Shown here piece by piece: positions 51,056-59,781 of a DNA stretch of 64,000 nucleotides. The translations under genes were made by a program, and so were the position numbers. This stretch comes from an uncultured Gammaproteobacteria bacterium (GTDB lineage Bacteria; Patescibacteriota; Patescibacteriia; Magasanikbacterales; UBA922), in the NCBI GenBank assembly GCA_964519725.1, contig CAZFKS010000007.1, forward strand, positions 1,221-65,220, in the 5' to 3' direction. A model generated the notes under the pieces. The model worked only from the letters and a program-made list of their open reading frames with translations, had not been told where the DNA came from and did no database searches. The first letter of the stretch is position 1. Each line of letters opens with the position of its first letter.

Positions 51056-52633
51056 TTATTCCGTAATTTGAATACTAGGTTTAATTTTCTTACTAATTCC
51101 AGTAAATTCCGCTACCTCTTCGGCGGTAATCCGTGAGAGCTCAGGTTGACGCTCAATCTCCGGGTACATTACAGGATAAAATTCGGTAAGTAAAGGATAA
51201 AATGCCTCGGCCAAAGTGATGTCTTTTGACACCTCAATAATGGTTTTCCAAGTGTCTTTTTCACCATACAAAATAAGATCCAAACCAGCTGCTAAAGTCA
51301 TTTCACCCTTTGGACCACGAAGGAAAGTGATACTTGGGCCATCTACAAATTCTTTAGTTCGAACATCCTGGCAAACCGCCACACTTTCCAGATCATTTTT
51401 TTCAGTTTGCATCTTAATGTATGCCTCTTTGAGCAAGGTAAGATAATTCACCTGGTTCGCACCACCTAAACATTTGAGTCCATAGTAAAAAGCTAACACC
51501 AAGAAAATCAGCATCATACTTGGCATAATTGTCTTGTCTTCCAGTGCCTTAGCAATTGCTTCGGGAGTCAAATCAACCGTAATTGCTCCATCATCAGAAA
51601 CTAATTTATTCCCTTGTTTCCAAAGGTGGAAACGATCATGCTTACCTGGTAACATTCCCCAAAATAAATATGTTCCCCAACCTTCTTGGCGAGAAAAAGC
51701 TCCCATGATTCCTTCAAAATATTTGTTAATTAATTCTTCTGAAGAAGGGTCAAACAAAATTTTAGAAATGGTTGTGTCTTTAAATAAGTGGTAGCGCAGG
51801 AGTAATTTAGTTACTAAAGTTTCTTGTTCAATATAAATCAAATCTGGGCGCGATAAATCACTCGGTGAAAAAAATTTTTTCCAAAGCTGGTGATTAGTTA
51901 CAGTAATTTGATCAGCGTAATTACTGAGAGCGTAAATTTCTGGTTTATCATAAATATCAGATAAAATCTGATTCAAACCAGTAGCTACCGTTTCTGTTAC
52001 CAAGCCGTTTTTAATTTTTTCTGCAATTACTTTACGTAATTTTTCTACATCATCCTGACGATAGGGCCGAAAATTATAGACTGCGGCTGAGTGGCAATTG
52101 CTTGGCAAAAACGATAAACGCTGCATTTCTACACCTTTCGGTGTCACTGAATTGAATAGTAATCCGCGAGGAAAAGAAGAGTTGTTGAGTGAAACATTGG
52201 CACATGACAAAATAATTACATTTTTCAAAATTTCGTCATGACGTTCAGCGTATGATGATGCAATAATTAAATCCGCATTCAAGAAAAATGGGTGACACAC
52301 GGGACCATGGTGATCAGACGTAGAAACAAAAAAATATTTTTCCAATTGGGCCACCGCTGACTCAGCCACTTCTGGTCCCAGCAGTCTTACCACTTCTTCC
52401 TTAAAAACTCCCAAAAAATCCGCCCGCCGGGTAATGGCCGGGGTTGGGTTAGCATCAGTGTAGTCCTGAGAATAATTGTACAAACTTTTTTGCCCGTGCT
52501 TTTCAATAATATCTTTCAAAACTGGGCGCTTAGACAGCACAGCATTTTTTAATTTTTCAAAATTGACTGCTAAATCTGAATCACTTACCGGTGCTGAAAC
52601 AACTCCCTCTTTTTCTTTTACCGCTGTGTCCAT
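51056..52633 (-). CDS. Hypothetical protein, possibly with a BshC-like ligase fold
   Basis: VSTSDHHGP..HP near the N-terminus; C-terminal TPEAI..AL....IMPS...LGGANQVNYL resembles the BshC motif SPNV...GGPGE.AY. Confidence 0.6.
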   Translation of the reverse strand: MDTAVKEKEGVVSAPVSDSDLAVNFEKLKNAVLSKRPVLKDIIEKHGQKSLYNYSQDYTDANPTPAITRRADFLGVFKEEVVRLLGPEVAESAVAQLEKYFFVSTSDHHGPVCHPFFLNADLIIASSYAERHDEILKNVIILSCANVSLNNSSFPRGLLFNSVTPKGVEMQRLSFLPSNCHSAAVYNFRPYRQDDVEKLRKVIAEKIKNGLVTETVATGLNQILSDIYDKPEIYALSNYADQITVTNHQLWKKFFSPSDLSRPDLIYIEQETLVTKLLLRYHLFKDTTISKILFDPSSEELINKYFEGIMGAFSRQEGWGTYLFWGMLPGKHDRFHLWKQGNKLVSDDGAITVDLTPEAIAKALEDKTIMPSMMLIFLVLAFYYGLKCLGGANQVNYLTLLKEAYIKMQTEKNDLESVAVCQDVRTKEFVDGPSITFLRGPKGEMTLAAGLDLILYGEKDTWKTIIEVSKDITLAEAFYPLLTEFYPVMYPEIERQPELSRITAEEVAEFTGISKKIKPSIQITE

Positions 52634-52680
52634 AGAAATGATTAGGCGGACAAGTTTTATTTTAAATAAATAACCTCAGG

Positions 52681-52747
52681 ATTATATCGATTTTAAAGCA
52701 ATTTGTCAATAACTAAAATTGACAATTGGAGGGACGGCTGTTACGGT
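52681..52747. promoter_or_regulatory. Back-to-back divergent sigma70 promoters
   Basis: Minus strand: TTGACA (52709-52704)-17 nt-TATAAT (52686-52681), perfect consensus. Plus strand: TTGACA (52719-52724)-17 nt-TACGGT (52742-52747). Confidence 0.75.
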
Positions 52748-52754
52748 AAATTAT

Positions 52755-54029
52755 ATGCCAAACCCTGACCTCTCTGGGAGAACGATTTGTGTAGTTGGCA
52801 CTAGTACTCCCAATAAACAATTTGTCTTTGAAACGCTTAAAAAACTAGATCTGACTGTTATCGTTATTGAAAAAGAAAAAAATTGGGCTACCCCATTTGT
52901 GGATCACTGGATTATTGCTGACACCAGCGACCACCTTAAAACAATCAAGGCTTTTGCGGCGTTTACAAAGGAACACCCCCGCACTAAAATTAACGGAATT
53001 GTAAATTTCTGGGAAGAGGAAGTTGTCCTAACTTCTAAATTAATTGAAAAATTTGGCTTTCCTGGTACCCCCTACCCAATTGTGGAACATATCCGGAATA
53101 AACTGGCTTTCCGCAAATTTTGCAGTGAAAACAATTTACCTGTGCCCAAACACCATCGCATTCGATCCACAAAAGACCTAGACTTGGTCAAAGAAAACTT
53201 TACTTTTCCCGTGGTAATTAAACCCGCTTTTGGCGCAGGTAGTGCCTATGTCACCAAGGTTAGCCGACGGGCCAGTTTAAAGCCTACCATTGACCGGATT
53301 CGCAAAAAAATTAGCCCTGAAGTAGAAAGTACTCTTAGCGAGGGATTAGATATTTTTGTTGAGGAATTTATTGATGGGGCTGAGGTTGATATTGATATGC
53401 TAGTACAGAATGGTAAGGTCAAATTCTGTTCTGTGTCAGATAACTATGATAAAAAATTTGGTAATTCCTTTTTGGACAAAGGTCAGGCTTTACCATCTAA
53501 ACTTTCCAAAAGACGCCAAGATGTTTTGGCCACTATGGCTGAAGTCACTGTAGAAAAATTAGGAATTACTGACGCCTGCGTCCATTACGAAGCTAAAATT
53601 GGTAAAAAAGGACCAATTCCACTGGAAATTAATTTACGACTAGGTGGCGGTTGTGTGCACCGATCACTCATGCTGGCCTGGGGTGTTGATTTTGTTGAGT
53701 ACAGCACACGGATTGCACTGGGTGAATATTTTTCTCCAATTCCTAAACCCAAAAAACCATTACGTGGTTCTGTGTCACTCAACTTACAACCACCCTATTC
53801 TGGAACAGTTACTAATATTAAGATTGACCCAATGTTCTATAAAAAATCTTATTTTGAAGAATTGCACTTAGCCAAAAAAGTGGGCGACTCGATCTCTTGC
53901 CCACCTCATGGTTTTGAATGTCTAGGTTGGTTTACAGTAAGTGGTTCAGATTTAAAACAAGCTGAACATAACGCCCGAGAAGCACGTAAATTAATTACTT
54001 ACGAAATAAAACGTAGTGGAAATAATTAA
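52755..54029 (+). CDS. ATP-grasp ligase (L-amino-acid ligase-like)
   Basis: RNKLAFR, PVVIKPAFGAGS, VEEFIDG.E, HYEAK, LEINLRLGG; start at ATG 52755. Confidence 0.85.
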   Translation: MPNPDLSGRTICVVGTSTPNKQFVFETLKKLDLTVIVIEKEKNWATPFVDHWIIADTSDHLKTIKAFAAFTKEHPRTKINGIVNFWEEEVVLTSKLIEKFGFPGTPYPIVEHIRNKLAFRKFCSENNLPVPKHHRIRSTKDLDLVKENFTFPVVIKPAFGAGSAYVTKVSRRASLKPTIDRIRKKISPEVESTLSEGLDIFVEEFIDGAEVDIDMLVQNGKVKFCSVSDNYDKKFGNSFLDKGQALPSKLSKRRQDVLATMAEVTVEKLGITDACVHYEAKIGKKGPIPLEINLRLGGGCVHRSLMLAWGVDFVEYSTRIALGEYFSPIPKPKKPLRGSVSLNLQPPYSGTVTNIKIDPMFYKKSYFEELHLAKKVGDSISCPPHGFECLGWFTVSGSDLKQAEHNAREARKLITYEIKRSGNN

Positions 54030-56926
54030 ACTTTGTGAATTGCTACCGTTACAGTAATATCAGAAACTTCTTTGGTTTCGCCGCTAACTCCAACCTCTAA
54101 ATTATTAGCCAAAACCGCTGTTAAAATTTCTTCCTTAAATTCAGTCAGGGCGTGATTAAGTTTTTCACTTTCAGTAGTAAATTCAATTTTGATTCGATCT
54201 TGAATAGTTAGGCCAGCATCTTTGCGCATTTGATTGATAGTCCGAATAAATTCTCGAGCCAGACCTTCTTTTTCTAAGACTTCGGTAATTTCCGTGTTAA
54301 GTGAAACAGTTAGCGCGCCATCAGTTTTAACCACGGCGTAGCGATTGTCACCAACACTGACTTTTTTGACATTCAATTCATCAGCTATGATCAAGGTCAT
54401 TTCTTCGGATAAAACCGTACCCCTCACATCAAATTCACCCAGAACCTGACGAACTTTTACTCCAGCTTCAGAGCGGAGTGAGAGACCCATTTCCACAATC
54501 TTACGCACGGTTTGCATTTGTTCTAGAACCGATTCATTAACTGATTTTTTATTTACTTCTGGCCACATCTCCAGGTGCACACTTTTTTTACTACCACTCA
54601 CTTCTTGCCACACTTTTTCGGCCACAAACGGCGTAAATGGTGCCATAACTTTACTGAGGGTTGCGAGTACCTCACGGAGCGTTGTGAGTGCAGCCAGTTT
54701 ATCTTTTTCATCACTACCTTTAAAACGATCGCGTGACCGGCGCACGTACCAAGTCGACAATTCATCAATAAATTCCGCGACTGGACGTGAGGCTTCAGAC
54801 AAATTATACGCTTCCATTTCGCGCGTTACATCAGCAATTAAATTCTGTAGTTTAGCAAGAATCCACTCATCAAGAATATTTGTCGATTTTACTTCAGTCA
54901 CTTTTTCAGTCGCAAATAATTTGTAGAATTCTACAACGTTCCAGAGTGTATTCACTACTTTTCCGTACGCTTCGCGTACCCCATCTTCGCTAAAGTTTAA
55001 ACTTTCGGCATGCATGACTGGTGAGGTAATTAAATAATACCGCAGTGCATCAGCCCCGTATTTTTCTAGGAGCACATTCGGATCTGGATAATTTTGCAAT
55101 TTTTTACTCATCTTTTTTCCATCTTCAGCGAGTACAATTCCGTTCACAATTACATTTTTGAAAGCTGGTTTGGCAAAAATTGAAGTGGATAGAACATGTA
55201 AGTAATAGAACCAGGCGCGAGTTTGATCTTGCCCCTCAGCAATAAATTCCGCTGGGAAGCTATCCTCAAATTTCTTCTTGTTTTCAAATGGATAATGCAT
55301 TTGCGCGTATGGCATTGAGCCCGAATCAAACCAAGTATCGAGCACATCAGGTACGCGTTTCATAGTTCCACCGCACTTACATGGCACAGTTACCAAATCA
55401 ACCACATGTTTATGTAGGTCTTCAATCTTTTGTCCACTCGCCTCTTCTAAATCTGCAGCAGAGCCAAATACGCGCATTTCCGCACACTTTTCACACTTCC
55501 AAATTGGCATCACACTGGCCCAAAAACGCTGACGAGAAATTGACCAATCGCGCGCACCAGCCAGCCATTGGCCAAATCGGCCTTCTTTAATATGGTCTGG
55601 CGACCAATTGATTTTTTCCGCTTGTTTCAATGCTTCGTCTTTGACCGCTGTCACTTTTACAAACCAAGATGAAGTTGCGTAATTCAAAAGTGGAGTATCA
55701 CAGCGCCAGCAGTGTGGGTACGAGTGGGTGAGATTTTCTTTGGCAAAGAAGTAATTATTTTCTTGTAAATATTTAAGTACAGCAATGTCAGCACCAAGAC
55801 GAACTTTATCATCATCAGATTTTGGTTTGACTTCCAAGCCAGCAAACACCAAAACTTCTGGTTTAAATCGACCATCCATGCCAACATGTTGCACAAATGG
55901 AAGTCCAACTTTTTTACCCAGTTCCCAGTCATCAGCCCCAAAGGCCGGTGCCTCGTGCGCAACCCCCGTACCACTGTCATCAGTCACAAAATCAGCAGCG
56001 TAAATTTTCCAACCATTTTCCCGATTGTTCAATTTTTCATCTTTTGCGTAATAGTCAAAAATTGGTTCGTACGAAAGACCAACTAAATCTTCACCAGCCA
56101 TTTCTTTTTCTACTGAAAATTCTTTATTGGCAAAAACTTTTTCCACCAAAGCTTTGGCAACAATAAAATAGTTTTCTTCAGATTTTACCAAAGCATAATT
56201 TACTTTTGGACCAACTGCGAGCGCGACATTTCCTGGCAATGTCCAAGGAGTAGTAGTCCAGGCTACAACGTACACATTTTCCACTCCAAATTTTTCCGCA
56301 GCATTTTTCAACTTAAATTTTACGTACACCGAAATATCTTTGACATCTTTATAGCCTTCGCTCACTTCTTGTTGTGAAAGCGTCGTTTCACAGCGCGGGC
56401 AAATGTGCATGGCGCGATAGTCCTGATAAATCAAACCCTTGTCCCACAATTGCTTGAACACCCACCACACTGATTCCATGTAATCACGACTCATGGTTAC
56501 GTACGCATGTTCCATATCAACCCAGCGACCGAGCCGGCGCACAGTTTTTTTCCAATCTTCTACATATCCCAACACTTTGCTGCGGCAACGTTCGTTAAAT
56601 TCGGCCACCCCCATGGCTTCAATTTCTTTTTTAGTTTTTGTACCCAATTCTTTTTCAACAATGTTTTCAATTGGGAGTCCATGACAATCCCAACCCCAGA
56701 CCCGTTCAACTTTAAATCCGCGCATAGTGAAGTAGCGCGGCACAGCGTCTTTCATGAGTGAAGCCACAATGTGACCATAGTGTGGGAGACCAGTCGCAAA
56801 CGGCGGACCATCGTAAAATACATATGGCTTATTATCTGGCCGCTCATTTACTGACCGCTCAAAAACCTGATTGGCTTCCCAATATTTTAAAACTTCTTCT
56901 TCGTGCTGGCTGGCTGAATATGGCAT
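54026..56926 (-). CDS. ileS: Isoleucyl-tRNA synthetase, type 2
   Basis: DGPPFATGLPHYGH, GWDCHGLP, WTTTPWT, DWSISRQR, KMSK; C-terminal EGLAREFIR.IN.MRK. Confidence 0.96.
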   Translation of the reverse strand: MPYSASQHEEEVLKYWEANQVFERSVNERPDNKPYVFYDGPPFATGLPHYGHIVASLMKDAVPRYFTMRGFKVERVWGWDCHGLPIENIVEKELGTKTKKEIEAMGVAEFNERCRSKVLGYVEDWKKTVRRLGRWVDMEHAYVTMSRDYMESVWWVFKQLWDKGLIYQDYRAMHICPRCETTLSQQEVSEGYKDVKDISVYVKFKLKNAAEKFGVENVYVVAWTTTPWTLPGNVALAVGPKVNYALVKSEENYFIVAKALVEKVFANKEFSVEKEMAGEDLVGLSYEPIFDYYAKDEKLNNRENGWKIYAADFVTDDSGTGVAHEAPAFGADDWELGKKVGLPFVQHVGMDGRFKPEVLVFAGLEVKPKSDDDKVRLGADIAVLKYLQENNYFFAKENLTHSYPHCWRCDTPLLNYATSSWFVKVTAVKDEALKQAEKINWSPDHIKEGRFGQWLAGARDWSISRQRFWASVMPIWKCEKCAEMRVFGSAADLEEASGQKIEDLHKHVVDLVTVPCKCGGTMKRVPDVLDTWFDSGSMPYAQMHYPFENKKKFEDSFPAEFIAEGQDQTRAWFYYLHVLSTSIFAKPAFKNVIVNGIVLAEDGKKMSKKLQNYPDPNVLLEKYGADALRYYLITSPVMHAESLNFSEDGVREAYGKVVNTLWNVVEFYKLFATEKVTEVKSTNILDEWILAKLQNLIADVTREMEAYNLSEASRPVAEFIDELSTWYVRRSRDRFKGSDEKDKLAALTTLREVLATLSKVMAPFTPFVAEKVWQEVSGSKKSVHLEMWPEVNKKSVNESVLEQMQTVRKIVEMGLSLRSEAGVKVRQVLGEFDVRGTVLSEEMTLIIADELNVKKVSVGDNRYAVVKTDGALTVSLNTEITEVLEKEGLAREFIRTINQMRKDAGLTIQDRIKIEFTTESEKLNHALTEFKEEILTAVLANNLEVGVSGETKEVSDITVTVAIHKV

Positions 56927-56929
56927 AAA

Positions 56930-57125
56930 AAATAAAAACCACTCTTAGGTGTTGAGATCCCATCGCGTTTGCGAGGGAGGTACCATCTCAACTTTGCCAA
57001 GTGGCCTTAATTACAGCGTTACGGGCTTATCCGAGAGGGTCTACTTCCCTGGCTAGGGAATCTTCCTCTAGCGCTCCCCGGTCGAACCGGGGATTCCTGC
57101 TGATGACAGGTCTGGCGCTTTTATA
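56930..57125 (-). ncRNA. T-box riboswitch (Ile, AUC specifier) with ultrashort Stem I
   Basis: Antiterminator GUUGAGA-UGGUACC-UCCC...GGGA-UCUCAAC; Stem I loop CCUG-ucAUCag-CAGG; Stem II with GAA/AGUA S-turn; IIA/B-like CGG-auaagc-CCGUAAC; Stem III GCCA/UGGC. Confidence 0.85.
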
Positions 57126-57135
57126 TGTTAGTTCT

Positions 57136-57164
57136 AATGTAATTAAATTTAAAAAAAATGTCAA
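57136..57164 (-). promoter_or_regulatory. Sigma70 promoter of the ileS leader
   Basis: TTGACA-17 nt-TACATT. Confidence 0.7.
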
Positions 57165-57233
57165 ACTTTGCCTAAAATATTGAAAAATCAGGTTTTTCTG
57201 GCATCTTGTAGCTAGAAGGGGGATGAGAAAATT

Positions 57234-57259
57234 AAAAAACTCCTTCCCAGGAGTTTTTT
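57234..57259. terminator. Terminator-like inverted repeat
   Basis: AAAAAACTCCT-tccc-AGGAGTTTTTT. Confidence 0.65.
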
Positions 57260-57276
57260 GTCTAATTCCATATAAA

Positions 57277-57308
57277 TAAAAAAGGTTTGCCGACTGGAGG
57301 GAGTCGGC
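57277..57308 (-). terminator. Hairpin/terminator directly after the small orphan gene
   Basis: GCCGACT-ccctcc-AGTCGGC-aaacc-TTTTTTT. Confidence 0.55.
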
Positions 57309-57569
57309 TTAAGGCAGGCGCTTCAAAATACGGGTCGCGAACAGACCCGTTGCACAGAAGCGACAGTCACAGGTGGGAGTTTTGTGACGAAAAAGCGGTT
57401 GCGTTTCAGTCACCACCGCGGCCAGTGGGTCTGGAGACTCACCAGCTGCGTGCAGAATGTCGTCCACGAAAAAGAATCGAACCGGGTGACGGACCGTGTC
57501 TGGAAGTTCCAGATCATAGAGCAAAAGACCAGCCAGACGGTGGACTTGCTCATTGTTATTTGTCTTCAC
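57309..57569 (-). CDS. Small orphan protein with a CxCxxC motif
   Basis: GTG start preceded by AGGAGG; hairpin immediately after the stop; CDCRFC motif. Confidence 0.55.
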   Translation of the reverse strand: MKTNNNEQVHRLAGLLLYDLELPDTVRHPVRFFFVDDILHAAGESPDPLAAVVTETQPLFRHKTPTCDCRFCATGLFATRILKRLP

Positions 57570-57696
57570 TTTCCCTCCTGAAGAGAGTGCCTATCATTAT
57601 TTAACCAATAAAATTGGCTTATTTCAAGATATTTTTCCCGAAAAAGTGCATGAACTTGTGCGCAAAGTTGTGCAAAAACTGTGGACGCGTCCAAGA

Positions 57697-57725
57697 TTGT
57701 CCACCCTATGGCCCCATGCTATAAT
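57697..57725 (+). promoter_or_regulatory. Promoter of the rpiB-rpe-trxB operon
   Basis: TTGTCC-17 nt-TATAAT with TG extension. Confidence 0.65.
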
Positions 57726-57742
57726 AAAATCAATAAAACCAT

Positions 57743-58198
57743 ATGTACTCTGGCCCTCTATTTATTGCGTCTGACCATGGCGGCTACCAACTTAAAAAAC
57801 GCCTAGTTCGGTACGTTGAAAATGAATTAAATTTAAAAATCAAAGACCTTGGTCCGGCTGAATTTGTTGACGATGATGATTATCCAGATTATGTCTTTCC
57901 GCTTACCAAAGAAGTTCTACACCAAGAGGGACGCGGCATTTTAATTTGCAGAAACGGCATTGGTGTTTGTGTGGCCGCCAACAAAGTCCCAGGTATTCGT
58001 GCTGGCATTGGTTACAACACTGCAGTTGCGGAGAGTATGATGAAAGATGATAACACCAATGTACTATGCTTGGCGGCCACCACTCTTAGTGATGAGTACG
58101 CGATGGCCATTTTAAAACACTGGCTCGAAACTGAATTTAGTAACGAAGAGCGGCACAATCGTCGGCTCGCCAAAGTTGCGGCTGAAACTGGTTTATAA
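57743..58198 (+). CDS. rpiB: Ribose-5-phosphate isomerase B family
   Basis: IASDHGG, DDYPD, ILICRNGIG, ANKVPGIRA, NTNVLCL, RHNRRL. Confidence 0.9.
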   Translation: MYSGPLFIASDHGGYQLKKRLVRYVENELNLKIKDLGPAEFVDDDDYPDYVFPLTKEVLHQEGRGILICRNGIGVCVAANKVPGIRAGIGYNTAVAESMMKDDNTNVLCLAATTLSDEYAMAILKHWLETEFSNEERHNRRLAKVAAETGL

Positions 58199-58199
58199 T

Positions 58200-58832
58200 A
58201 TGAAAATTATTCCGTCTATTTTTACGACCACGGAAAATCAATTTCGTGAACAAATTACTTCAGTTGGCGCTAGTGCCCCCTGCGTGCACATTGATGTGAC
58301 TGATTCGGAATTTGTACCGACTCAAACTTTTGCTGACCCAAAAGTTACTGTTGAAATTTTACAAACTGATTGCGAACTTCACCTCATGGTTACTGACCCA
58401 CTTAAAGTTTTACCAAAATGGGCTGAGGTTAAAAATGTAAAACGCATCCTGTTTCATTACGAAGCTGAAACCGAAGTAAATACCATGATTGAAGCAATTC
58501 ACGCGCAAGGTTGGGTCGCCGGTTTAGTTTTAAATCCTCATACGCCATGGAGAGTAATTGAACCCTTTGCCGAAAAATTAGACGCAGTCATGTTCATGGG
58601 TGTAGTGCCTGGCGCTCAGGGCCAATCATTAATCCCTGCGGTTTTAGAAAAAGCCAAAGAGTTTAAAACCAAATATCCGCGCCTGTTTACCGAGTGGGAC
58701 GGCGCCGTGACCGAAGAAACAATTAAACAAATTCAAGCCACTGGAATTGATGTGGTTTGTCCGGGTCACGCTGTCTTTGGTTCAGGCGACCCAGTGCAAA
58801 ATATTAAAAAATTACAACAAATTATTAAATAA
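58200..58832 (+). CDS. rpe: Ribulose-phosphate 3-epimerase
   Basis: IIPSI, HIDVTD..FV, HLMV, GLVLNP.TP, MGVVPG.QGQ, DG. Confidence 0.88.
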   Translation: MKIIPSIFTTTENQFREQITSVGASAPCVHIDVTDSEFVPTQTFADPKVTVEILQTDCELHLMVTDPLKVLPKWAEVKNVKRILFHYEAETEVNTMIEAIHAQGWVAGLVLNPHTPWRVIEPFAEKLDAVMFMGVVPGAQGQSLIPAVLEKAKEFKTKYPRLFTEWDGAVTEETIKQIQATGIDVVCPGHAVFGSGDPVQNIKKLQQIIK

Positions 58833-58833
58833 T

Positions 58834-59781
58834 ATGTACGACTTGGTTATTATTGGTGCCGCCGCAGCTGGTTGCACAGCCGCTGTTTACGCTGCCCGCC
58901 GCAATTTAAATTTTATTATTATCACCAAAGATATTGGCGGTGAAGTGGCTCTATCTGGTGAAGTAGAAAACTGGCCTGGCCAAATTCACACGACTGGTAT
59001 TCAACTAGCGCAAGATTTTCACAAACACGCGGCCTCATATAATACTAATATTAAAAATGGGTTAATGGTAACTGCCATCAAACCTGCCGGTGGTGTGCAC
59101 GAAATTGAAACAGTTGACGGTGCTGGTAAAACTGAAACTTTCACTGCCAAAGCGGTAATTATTGGTAGTGGCATTCACCCTCGCACCTTAGGTATGCCCG
59201 GTGAAGATGAACTCCGCGGCAAAGGTGTTACCTACTGCACCGTTTGCGACGGCCCACTCTACAAAAAACGCACCACTATCACGGTTGGTTCTGGTAACTC
59301 AGCGCTTGAGTCTGCGCTCATGATGGCTGGTATTGCGAGCCAAGTTTATTTGCTTTCCAAATATCCAGATACCAAAGAAACTAATGGTGGTTTTCCAAAG
59401 GGTGAAAATATTTTAATTGATAAAATTAAAAAAACTCCTAACGTAAAAATTATTTACAGTGCGACCACCACTAAAATTTTAGGCACTGATTTTGTCACTG
59501 GCCTAGAATACACTGACGCCAGTGGGGTCGCCCAAACTCTCACCGCTGATGGCGTTATGGTTCACATTGGCATGATTCCAAACACTGACTTTGCCAAAAA
59601 TGTTGAACAAAACGCAGTCAAAGAAATTATTGTTTCGCAAAAATGTGAAACTTCAGTACCAGGAATTTTTGCGGCTGGTGATGTCACTAATATTCCTTAC
59701 AAACAAATCTCAATTGCCGCTGGCCAAGGTGCAGTCGCAGCGCTTGCGGCCATTGAATACATTAACCGTTTTGTTGAATGA
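58834..59781 (+). CDS. trxB: Thioredoxin reductase-like FAD/NAD(P)H oxidoreductase
   Basis: [42 protein letters not shown]. Confidence 0.88.
   Translation: MYDLVIIGAAAAGCTAAVYAARRNLNFIIITKDIGGEVALSGEVENWPGQIHTTGIQLAQDFHKHAASYNTNIKNGLMVTAIKPAGGVHEIETVDGAGKTETFTAKAVIIGSGIHPRTLGMPGEDELRGKGVTYCTVCDGPLYKKRTTITVGSGNSALESALMMAGIASQVYLLSKYPDTKETNGGFPKGENILIDKIKKTPNVKIIYSATTTKILGTDFVTGLEYTDASGVAQTLTADGVMVHIGMIPNTDFAKNVEQNAVKEIIVSQKCETSVPGIFAAGDVTNIPYKQISIAAGQGAVAALAAIEYINRFVE

Noticed and set aside
57075-57094. GGTTCGA motif suggesting a tRNA T-arm
   Set aside because: There is no cloverleaf or acceptor stem; it is part of the ileS T-box leader.
57001-57183. 60-aa plus-strand ORF upstream of ileS
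   Set aside because: It is antisense to the T-box RNA and has no coding features.
57120-57720. Possible replication origin
   Set aside because: No dnaA or dnaN nearby and no evident skew change by eye; kept only as a DnaA-box-like cluster.
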